The position numbers and the translations under genes were made by a program. From positions 992,001 to 1,056,000 of the forward strand of contig JAQGDQ010000004.1 of NCBI GenBank assembly GCA_030141605.1: 64,000 nucleotides of DNA. The letters are read 5' to 3'. Source of the DNA: Tubiluchus corallicola (Eukaryota; Animalia; Priapulida). Below, piece after piece: positions 53,945 through 64,000 of this stretch. Below the pieces are notes generated by a model, which searched no databases, was not told where the DNA came from, and was given only the letters and a program-made list of their open reading frames with translations. The stretch's first letter is position 1. Every line of letters starts with the position of its first letter.

Positions 53945-54111
53945 TAGTATGTTCCAAGACAAGAAAACAACATAGCTAATACAAGAAGGAACTACACAGC
54001 AGAAGTTCCATTACACACATATTCCATTCTTTAGGCATAATTTTTCTATAGAACTTCTGCTATGTAGTTCCTTTTTATATTAGCTATATTGTTTCCTTGA
54101 GACATATACTA
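53945..54111. repeat. Inverted repeat with ~60-bp arms and ~40-nt spacer
   Basis: AAGAAAACAACATAGCTAATACAAGAAGGAACTACACAGCAGAAGTTC pairs with GAACTTCTGCTATGTAGTTCCTTTTTATATTAGCTATATTGTTTCCTT (5 differences in 48). Confidence 0.9.
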
Positions 54112-54127
54112 TTAGAAGCTCATTTTA

Positions 54128-54175
54128 CGCACACACACGCACACGCACACGCACACACACACACACACACACACA
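54128..54175. repeat. (CA)n/(CACG) microsatellite
   Basis: Directly visible. Confidence 0.9.
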
Positions 54176-55559
54176 TCTTTTCTCGCTAAACTTCGGTTTC
54201 CGAATAATTAGTCTTTTCCAAAGGTATGCAGAATTTCAGTGTACACGATTGTAGAGATCTGATTTTGGTTAAAAATCAAAAGAAAATTATCCTAAAAATA
54301 ATAGAAACTAAAATAAAATTCGCAAAGGAGCTTAATTATAGCATGTCACTTTTCAGTTAGGCACTGTGAAGTAATGGCAGGACACAGACACCGTTTTAAA
54401 AGCAAGTTTTTCGATTTGGAATCTTACCAATTGATGCCATTTGACTGAAGTAGTTCATGTTGCGTCAGTGGGCGAGAGAACATTCCTAGACCTAACTTTT
54501 ACTCTTAACATCAATGACTAAACCACCTACTTTGCTTATTCAACGAAAGCTTAAAATCACGATGCCGACAGCCGCAAAAAGCTGTCACTCTTCATTCTCC
54601 ACGGTAAACAACTTTCTAAGGTGTAGATGTTTTCAAGCAGCGTGAAATTAGGACGCAGGTTTGGAGTTGAATGGGGGAAGCATCTGGTTCGACAATGGTT
54701 ACAAGAGCTACTGCACCTGCTAAGTGGACCAGGAAGTCATATTTTCTCTGTCATGACTTATCAGTTATTTTGGTTTGTAATCGGCGACAGGTGTCGTCAC
54801 AGCGGAAGTGATGTCATTAATATACGGCGCATCACTGCCGGCCGTTGAGGTCACGCGTGTGAACAATGTAGTAAGTTAAAGAACAGGTGTTTGATGGCTG
54901 ATTTTACATTATGCCTTGGGTAATTCAACAAACCGAAATATGTGCCTCGATGGTATGCTTCCATGTACACGAGCCGCAAGTGTGTCAAGGTTACTTTAGA
55001 CATATGTTGTGAGCATACCTAGCAATTACAGATTAACAATGCAAACACTATCCTGGAAAATACACACAATACCTCATTGAGCAGTATAAATGAGCATTCG
55101 TTTGCTGTGATAACTCATTAACTGCCACAGCCACCATTGATAAATTATTACCTTTAATTCCTCCATTATCTGGCAGCTGCACACTTCAAAGAGGCATTTC
55201 CGCAATCTACCTTGACTTATTTCACCTGTATTCACATGTGAGCGGCAAAATCACTTCCTTCAAATTCCAAACATTGGAAAACTCGATGGTATAAACTAAA
55301 TTATTTATCGTCGCAGTTGTCCTTGTCGTCATTCTTGTTACCATATAGTCCAGTCTCAAATGCTAATATTGCGCCTAAATTTAAGTTATTGTACTGCCAG
55401 GAAGCTTCTGGTTACGCTAGCAGTTTTATTGCTGAGGGATTTCAAATTGCTTAAATTTGTAAAACAAAATTGCTCATAAAATTGAAGTGCAAAGACTATT
55501 AAATTTTTTGACAACAATGACAAAAGAGAGAAATCTGATATATTGGATACCTGAAAAGA

Positions 55560-55740
55560 TTTTGTGTTTCTTTTCTTTACATGTTTTGGCTTTTGCTGTC
55601 TGCTTTTTCAGTTGTTCCGCTCTTGTTGTTGCTGTTTCTGTTTTAGTTTATACTTCTGTTTTTACTCTTGCTCATTACTGTTTTTCTTCGTCTTTTTCGG
55701 TTTTTTCCTGCTATTCTCCTTTCTTCTTTCTTGCTTTTTA
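55560..55740. repeat. Degenerate T-rich hexamer tract
   Basis: TGTTTC/TGCTTT/TGTTGC periodicity. Confidence 0.7.
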
Positions 55741-57896
55741 AGGGCTTAATATGTGTAACTTCTCTAAGTACTTTAAAATACTTACATGAAGCAAAATAAC
55801 AACAAAAATAAATTGTTTTTTAACAAGACACGGCTATTTTGCATCACATAGGACAGGGAGAAGGCACTGGACAACAACTATTTATCTCTTTAAACGCGTC
55901 TACACAGACGCTGTCTACTTTCAATGTGACTTGTTCCTTTGAATATTGAGCAAGAAGCGATTCCATGTCAAATTAATCGTGAATTACGAGTCTAATCAAC
56001 TCAGAACATGCGGCGACCTACAAAAATTACCGTGAATTGTTATGCGTGCTACGTGTAAACGCGCGAAATGTGCAGAATTTATAAAATTTTGAGGGAATCC
56101 ACAGCATTGTTGGTCCTGCTGCCACAATTATCGGCGAAACAATGGACATTATCGACATCAACAGCATGACCTCGATATTGGTACGTACAGTTTTTACCGT
56201 AATTCGACAACCAAAATTGGAAGCCTACAGAGGCTATGGCCAGGTTTTGACTAAATACGCATTGTGAAAGTAACTTTCAAACCCAAATCATAACAATTAC
56301 TAATTTAATACTAAAAGTACAATCGATTATAATGAAGATTTTCTGTTTCTAGCAGGATATCTGAAATAGTCTTTCTGTTTGAGTTTTACATAACAGATTC
56401 ATAATGCAATAGAGATTCTCGGAATTTGAGATCTCATATTAGTTAACGGGTGATCCTGATTAATCAGAACCCATGTTAAGTGAATTGGATTCTATTAAAT
56501 ATAATAATAAGTATTAGAATAAAATATAATAAATTTTTGAAAAACTTTGAATAACTTTTTTATTCAGGTTACAGTAGTAAGACTTGGACGTAAATCTTCT
56601 TGCGATGTTGTGTCATTAATGTCATTCTGTTATTAATATTAGAAGCTCAGAGAATTAGGCCTAACGTTCTACGGTTTTCAGTGACTACATTGCTTCAAGA
56701 GGATAATAAGCCATGAAGCTAAAACTGAAAAATTGTAGACTGCTGCTGACAAAAAAGAACTTTCAAAACAAATGTTAGTTGGTGATATGAGGAGTTTGAC
56801 TCTGCATGCGGAGATACTAGCAGGCATCACGTTATCAGGTCGCCAGCACGAGCCTTGAGTGACGTCGAATGAAGCCAAGTTCAGGGTGCTAGTGAACGAT
56901 TTCACGTATACAATCCAGATTACATGCATGCTTTGTTTTATTACTGCTTGTATCGCTAGCACACACACTGCTTGTCAGGAGCTTACGTTGAATTATTAGC
57001 AGATGGTCAGAAAAATTTTAATATAATTTTTCAGACTCTAGCCCGCTGCGTGGCGCTGATTACGCCCTAGTTGGTTTTTATGGACGCTTACGCTTGCCTA
57101 TCAGCAGCCCGCCACATGGAATCAAAAGTCTGCAAGTCGTAATAAATGAAGTAAGACCTTCATCCAAAGTTAATTACTGTAGTGACGTGCTGGTTTATTA
57201 TGAAGTTGAAAAATTCACCCATAGTGCTTAGGTAACCTATACCGTCACGGACTTGTAGTATATTGCATCCTAAACTAACGTATATATATATATATATAGG
57301 GCTATGACTAGTCGGCTTTATAACTTTATGTTTAATAATGACAAGGGCAAGACCTAAGTTTGAGTTTACCGTATAATTAACTTGAACGGAGAGGTAAGAC
57401 TGATGATGAACTGCACCCATATGAACAAGCTCATGAGGTATGCCGTAAAAAATTTCCTAAATCATTAGAATAACTAGTTCAATGTGCCACACTTACATAT
57501 AATGCTTTAAAATGCATCGATGGAGTCAACACGATGAAGATTTATTTGGATTACGCAGCCCAAGGCAAGGCAGTCTCCATTCAGTGGTTGTGTAATTCGA
57601 AGGTGTTTCAATGATATTGATTAGCATATCGTCTTCCATGACTCTAATTTTGAGGAAAAAGTGGCTGAAGTTGTTCTGGTCCCCAGAGGACAGATTTCAA
57701 ATTCCACTTCCAAGTTTAAAATAGGAGTTAGCCTGCTTGTATTCTTAAATGCAAATTGCAGTGCGTTTTTGCCAGACAGCCGTGTTAAAATTTACAGTAA
57801 TAAAAAATTATACTATTATCATTGGTCTTCTTATAGATTCTTTTGTGTGACCCTCAAATCTTAATCAGTTTGAATTAAAATCGTGTTTTCCGGTCG

Positions 57897-57897
<1 letters not shown>

Positions 57898-57992
<95 letters not shown>

Positions 57993-57996
57993 GTAA
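57898..57996. repeat. (TAA)n microsatellite
   Basis: Directly visible. Confidence 0.97.
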
Positions 57997-60049
57997 TTCT
58001 GATTCAGTGATTCTTTGTAAATAAAAACTTAATAAAACATGAAAATTATATAGGCCTGCAGACTGCAGAGTAGTACAGAGGACATTCACATTTAAAGGTA
58101 TTAATTTGTAGCGCCTTCCCTTAGCTAACGTAAGGCAGCTACACTGACTGAAGTACTGAATCTACTAATTTAAAATGGAAATTAAAAGTTCAAGAGCTGT
58201 CAGTCCTTTTTGGCGAGAGAAGACCGTGCTATACAGTGGGACGACGCCTATTGAATTGATAATGTAAAACATTTTAAGTGAATAACACCAAAAAACAGTC
58301 AAAAGTTCTGTATAAATTTACAAGGACAATTTTTTCTAACTTAAACCAGCTATGTTTTTGAATGCAAACAGGGAAACAAACACTGCTTTCATGCCAAAAA
58401 TAGGCCGATCATATATTTAATTTACACAACAGGAGCAAAGTATGACTCACCCGCTTTAAAATTGTGACACGTCGTGCACATTCACAGCCAATTTTTTCAG
58501 TGACCGTATCCTATCTATTACATAATAATATAAATTATCTCTGTCTTATATCCTATCAGGAATATTCTATGAGAAAGTAGTTATTTGAAGTAATTGCACT
58601 GTGCTGACACCTGTTGCGATAAAATATATAAAACATTGATGTAAGCTTCATCTGAAGTCGAAATGCTTTAATCCCGCAAAATCGTCAGCTGGCTTATACA
58701 TCCACAGGACACAAAATTGTGACAAGAAACTCACATTTTTTCACTAAGTTCATGTTACTCGCATCAGAATAAAAAAAATCAGTATTTTACAAAACTTGAC
58801 TACCCCATTTTGATCTTTTCATTTTTGTTTAACAATGACATAAAATGTCCGTGTATACCCGGTTAATATTATTCATATTTAATGGCATTTTATCGTTAAT
58901 TACTTAATAATCAACTAGCAACAATTGTTTATTTACTCATTTAATCGCCCGTTTATGTGTTTGCTTGTTTGTTTGTTTCTTTTGTTCACATTAAATTTCT
59001 ATTCTGTGCATGCTCGTTTATTTGGTAATTTTTCGTTTATTCGTCTATTTGTTTGCATGATCGTTTATCTTTTTGGTTTTGTTTTCCTTTCTTCTTATGT
59101 TAGTTCATTTGGTCATTTATTCATTCAATTTTATTCATCAATAATGAGGAGTAACTATTAAAATTTAAGTAAGTTAATTTTGCATTGAAGAATAGTTATT
59201 ACATTGGAATCTTAGTACTTTTTCGATATTTTACGTTGGCAATAATGTTTATTTGTATAAGATGCTCATAGTGCGAAATCAATTGTGCAGAACAAGAATA
59301 CGCCTTTTAACAACCTCAGGACAATATAATACGTCAGAATAGCTTCGTGAAGCCAAGCGTTAGTACAGTGATAAAACCAAAATTCATATTCGTGAGCTTA
59401 AAATTTGCCGCGTTTTGCTGTTTTACTATCCATATTGTAATTTTTGTAAACTTTTACAAACGTGTCCGAATCAAATGTTTTACCAAAGATGTTGGCAAAT
59501 TATACCGAACAGTGGCGTCATCAAAAGCTAGGCACATGACCTTCTAAGAATCTAAGCAATGTGTTTAGGTAAGAAGCACTTTGGCAATTCTTAAAGGCAG
59601 GCAGTGAAATCTGGGTCAAAATAAATTATTTAACTATGGTCTAAAAATACTCATGTTTACTTTTAAATTCGTACTAGTTTAGTGTTTGGCGTTACATGGA
59701 ACTCCAACAGTGGTAGCATCTACACATACACTGCCTTTTTTATGACTGACAGTTCTTACTGTGGAAATGCAGCCTACACAAGTCATAATTATAAATATAT
59801 GCTCATAAAACCTAATTCAGATTTTGAAATCAACTCTGAAAAGCTTCGTCAATTAGTTTATTAGGCAACATAATTTTTACCACTCAAACTGATGCATTTG
59901 ATGTTGAAGTTGGTTGACGTTGCTAACTTGCTATCAGGCACCAACTCTAATCTGACATAACTGTGTTTCTTGCCATTATTCCATTAAAGTAAACCATGTA
60001 AAATAATTATGCGCATATTAAGAGAGCTGTATGAATTAGTGTCACTTCT

Positions 60050-60870
60050 ATTATTGTTAATATTACTATTGTAATTATAATTATAATTATAATTATAATC
60101 ATAATAATTGTTATTTTTATTGCATAACATCACAGTTCAGCTGGTTTTTCATAACTTGCAAGGGGCGAGTCTAGCCAGGACTATCAGTTTCAGAAATATC
60201 ATCCCAATATGTATGTTGATCCCGAAATAGCTTGCTTTTGAATCCCATGTAAGTGCTAATCTTTCAAGTACATATTCAGGAGTTCCTCAACAAATCCTAT
60301 GCATGTACTGCTATTAATCACAACACTAATTGGCTTTTCCCAGTTTTCCCATATTCTTCCTAACTCAATTGCCAGATCAGTACTATTTTTTTAATCTTCT
60401 CTGCATATTTAGCTGTAATGGTTGCTTTGTCTTTTTACTTTCTTTCTCAATTGCAGTTGTGTCAGGACATCTGCGGATGCATTTCTGTAACAATACTAAA
60501 GAATTAATTTTTTTACATTTTGATTCTCGACAACCTTGCCAATATGATGTTCTCACAAAGATCAGCTTCCGGTTAGTTCACATTAATTTTGCCACACAAG
60601 TCCAGAGAATGAGTTTAGGTACTCAGAGTCTGTAGCAGCGCTCTTTGTGTTGTGTAAATGTGTACTATAGTTTCTACTTTCTAGCAACACAGTCAAAGTC
60701 TACATAAGTGATGTAAAATTTTGCATCCCTGGTCTGTACATGTATGTTTTTAATGTTTTTTTGGACAATGCTTGATCTTGCACAGCAATCTGGGTTTTAC
60801 AGTCCACCAGATGCTAACCAATTGCAGTTTATCATAGATTTGGGCCTGTACTTGCCTTGCAAGACTCTTT
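60050..60870 (-). mobile_element. Decayed 3' end of an RLE-type non-LTR retrotransposon (R4/Dong-like) running into an AT-rich, TAA-like tract
   Basis: Minus-strand peptides in order: KILHHLC, VVENQNVKKL, PD.., AEKIKK/DLAIELGRIW and GIQKQAISGSTYIL, matching the restriction-like endonuclease tail (EKxxKYxDLAIELxRxW...IQKxxxxGT). Confidence 0.7.
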
Positions 60871-60899
60871 CACCCCATTCATCTACCGTTTTTTCAAAT

Positions 60900-61265
60900 G
60901 TTTTTCTATTCGAAATATTTTCTTAGTTCGTATTCGATTCCAACCATGAAATTGATAGTAAAAACTTTATATCAGAACGTCTTCTAACTCTATGAAGCCA
61001 ACCTAAAATTCTATAATTCAGTATTTCAACTGCATTCTGTTCTTATCATTAAAACGTTTGAAACGTCACGAAATCGGCACAATTTAGCTGTGATTTCTGT
61101 GCACGTTTTTAAACAAATTTTTGGTGTTTTTACTGAAAAACAAAAATCTTTGTGAGATTGCTGTTTATTAGGAATTCGAAAATCTTTAAAACTCAATTCG
61201 AATACGATACCTCGAAATTCAGTTTGATTCGAGTTAGATATTAAAAATCGATAAGATTCATATCC
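60900..61265. repeat. TTCGA/ATTCG-rich remnant, probably a non-autonomous DNA transposon, just upstream of MAT2B
   Basis: Clusters of TTCGAA, ATTCGATTC and TTCGAATACGA at both ends of the interval. Confidence 0.35.
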
Positions 61266-61417
61266 GCTTTCTGGATTCTGATAGAGATAATGCTCGGCTC
61301 AGTCTATTGCTCACTCACACACCATAGTGGATCTATGGGCGCAGACGTCTGTGGTGTTGTGTGGTGCATCTACAGAGAGGAGGAATTTTTCCTGCTAAAA
61401 GTAATAACAACAATAAG

Positions 61418-61431
61418 ATGGCTGCGCCAAG
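61418..61431 (+). CDS. MAT2B: Probable short first coding exon of MAT2B (MAAP...), followed by a 68-nt intron at 61432-61499
   Basis: AAG-ATG GCT GCG CCA AG|GTAAAA is a phase-2 donor. TTTTTTCGTAG|T is a phase-2 acceptor in frame with the main ORF, giving MAAPSKKIAFIRMAVHK. AAGATGGC resembles a YY1-type motif. Confidence 0.6.
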
Positions 61432-61499
61432 GTAAAAATCGAAAGTTTGCCGAGGTATTATGGCATGATATGTTATCAACCCACCAACTTTTTTCGTAG

Positions 61500-62469
61500 T
61501 AAAAAAATAGCGTTTATAAGAATGGCTGTGCACAAGTGCCTTGTTACTGGAGGGTCAGGATTGTTAGGTCGCGCAATTATGAAAGAATTTCGTGACAATT
61601 TGTCATGGGACGTATTGGGAATAGCTTTAAATCGAGTCAAGCATGGGGTGGAACGTGTTGACTTAACAGAGGCTCCTGCTGTACAAAGAATTATTCGTGA
61701 ATACAAGCCAGATGTTATTATTCATGCGGCAGCAGAAAGAAGACCAGATGTGGTGGAGAGTAATATTGAGGGAGCTAAAAAACTCAACGTAGAAGCTACT
61801 AAAACTCTTGCAGAAGAAGCTAGTGCAATAGGTGCTTGGTTGGTGTTCATTAGCACTGATTATGTATTTGATGGCACTGATCCACCTTACAAGGAAGACG
61901 ATTCACCAAATCCACTAAACACTTATGGCCAGTTGAAACTGGAAGGTGAAGAAGTTGTTAGACAGTTGCTGCCAGACAATCATTGTATATTGAGACTGCC
62001 AGTCTTATATGGACCATTAGAGTACGTAGACGAAAGCGCTATTACAATCATGGTGAAGGACCTTCTCAATTCTGATCATCGCTGTAAATTTTCTGATTAC
62101 GAGAAAAGATATCCTACTTGCACTTCAGATTGTGCTATAGTTCTGCGAGAGCTTGCTGAGAGAAAGCTGGCAGACCCATCTTTGTCTGGTACTTTTCACT
62201 GGAGTGGAGATGAGAGGTTAACACGCTTCCTTATGGTTGAATATATGGCTGAAGTATTCCATTTGCCAATGTACCATGTAGAGCCAAATCCCGTTCCTGT
62301 ACTCGGCACACCGCGACCATACAATGCTGCATTGGATTGCTCAAAGCTGCAGTCATTGGGTATAGGATTGCAAAGAACATCCTTCAGAGATGGAATCAAA
62401 CTTTGTTTGGAGCCATTTGTCAAAGAAATAATTGCTGATTCAGATAAGTTGCCTGATAAGAATGATTGA
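61500..62469 (+). CDS. MAT2B: Methionine adenosyltransferase II beta subunit (RmlD-like extended SDR), main coding exon; internal ATG at 61522, stop TGA ending 62469
   Basis: Intact 315-aa ORF from 61522 with Rossmann motif LVTGGSGLLGRA, HAAAERRPD (typical of MAT2B rather than bacterial RmlD), ISTDYVFDG, PNPLNTYGQLK (YxxxK), LRLPVLYG, RYPT, GTFHWSG and RPYNAALD. AATAAA at 62685-62690. Confidence 0.93.
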
Positions 62470-63949
62470 GTTTCATTTTATTAACTATGCAAGGACTACT
62501 GCCAAATAAGGAAGCATTAATGACAGAAAGTTCTGCTGGAACAAATATTTCATACATAGAAATTCTGTCATTGCTACTTCTTTTTTTCTGTCCCTAATTC
62601 ATTATGTCTTTAGCATTTGATTGTAACTTTGAAAGGTTTTGTACTTAGGATGGTGTCTCATAACCTAGCCTAATGTGTTACTATAATAAACTTAGAGTTT
62701 AGAAAATACTAACTATTATAAATCTGTTACTGTTATCATTACTTTGCGTTAAGTGTTTTTCATGATCGAGAATTTCTGATTGTTGAAGAGTGTTAAAGTT
62801 ATAAATCAAGATGCAGAAGAATGATTTGCATGAAAGAACACTCCAATTTATTTTTATATTGCACTTTTAAATAATATAACTAAAAATATAAAACAACAGT
62901 TTATGTTTCTAGTGAAATATTGGTGCATTAAAATGTATATTTGGTATGTTTCACAATATATCTCATCCTCTGAATTCAGTATCTACAACTAGTGCTCATT
63001 AAGGGACATATTGGTGCCAAAAATTTCTCTTCATAAAAACCCTTCTATCTAAAATGTGTTTTTGGTACCAACATGTTTCTTGCTTGTTTCATTTTCTAAT
63101 TGAGAAATTTTTTAATTTGTCAAATTATTTTTCTATAATTGTATAACATTTAGTTTTCTGTTACTATAACTTCCATAATATTATTATAGATTGTATTTTT
63201 TCTAAAATCTTATGCAGTTAGGTTTTCCTCCAATTCTCCATCTTTATGTATTATCTTATGGTAATTAAATAAACTGCATGAACAAGTTGATGATTGTAGA
63301 TTATATTGAAGTTGTAGTACTCCTTTAACTAGAAAGGTTGTTAAGTAGTTCATTTTTTTTCTTACTTTGCAAGTTTTGATTGATTATAAACAAAAGAAGT
63401 AAATGTTAAAATAAAAAATGCATTCTGTGGTTATTGTTGAATACATTACGTAATGTTTGACATTATCTTCTTGATTTAACAAGAAATATTATAAAATTAA
63501 GAATGAGCTAACCATTACGATGTCAGCGGCTTATATAAGATGGCAAAGTTAACGGACTGTAAAATCGCATGCACAGCCGCTATACAAGAATGATATTGTT
63601 TAGAGGTAGCAACTATTTTTTTCTTATGGAATACAGCAAATCCTCGCTTAATGACACTAATGCGTTCCGGCAAAATGCTATGGTAACCGAAATGTTGTTA
63701 AATGAAACCGAGACTTCCATAGAAAGTAATGTACAAGAATTGAGATACGTTGATTGAGGTGCTGCTTTAAACATATAAATTAAATGTTTTCAGTTTTGTT
63801 CATATTTCTACCAATTAATTTCTTTCTTACCAATTTTTAACACCTGTTTCTTTTTCCTAAATGTTGAAGCCCTATGTACTTAACGGTTAAACACTGCATA
63901 GTGGAAGCTAAGCCGTTGCTGAGACAATTTCATCTAGATGCTCAGTCTT

Positions 63950-63963
63950 GTTGCCATAGGAAC
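63950..63963. promoter_or_regulatory. RFX X-box-like motif
   Basis: GTTGCCATAGGAAC fits GTTNCCATRGNAAC; a partial second motif AATGCTATGGTAAC lies at 63674-63687. Confidence 0.4.
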
Positions 63964-64000
63964 AGGTTGCAGGCAAAATTCTTTCACATGCAGTTTGCAT

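Noticed and set aside
61522-62469. Horizontally acquired bacterial rmlD (because the ORF is intron-poor)
   Set aside because: AERRPD, LRLPVLYG and GTFHWSG are MAT2B-type, a spliceosomal 5' intron is likely, and there are no neighbouring rml genes.

Overview
AT-rich eukaryotic DNA, most likely from an invertebrate animal (inferred from GT-AG splice signals, abundant microsatellites and several non-LTR retrotransposon clades). Most of the ORF track is microsatellite or chance artefact. One gene is confidently recognisable: a methionine adenosyltransferase II beta subunit (MAT2B, RmlD-like SDR fold) at about 61.4-62.5 kb (+), encoded almost entirely in one exon, probably with a 14-nt first coding exon and a 68-nt intron. 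The preceding ~60 kb is gene-poor. It holds decayed LINE fragments, including a nested pair with an 8-bp target-site duplication and an RLE-type (R4/Dong-like) 3' end; a pogo-like transposase fossil; MITE/foldback elements; and many simple repeats. It also holds a well-formed orphan exon at 29.3-29.5 kb (-) and many RCAGGTG E-boxes, which suggests regulatory or intronic DNA. I found no tRNA, rRNA or CRISPR array, and no clearly new biological system. The findings are leads of modest strength, and all family assignments come from motif recognition by eye, not from database searches.
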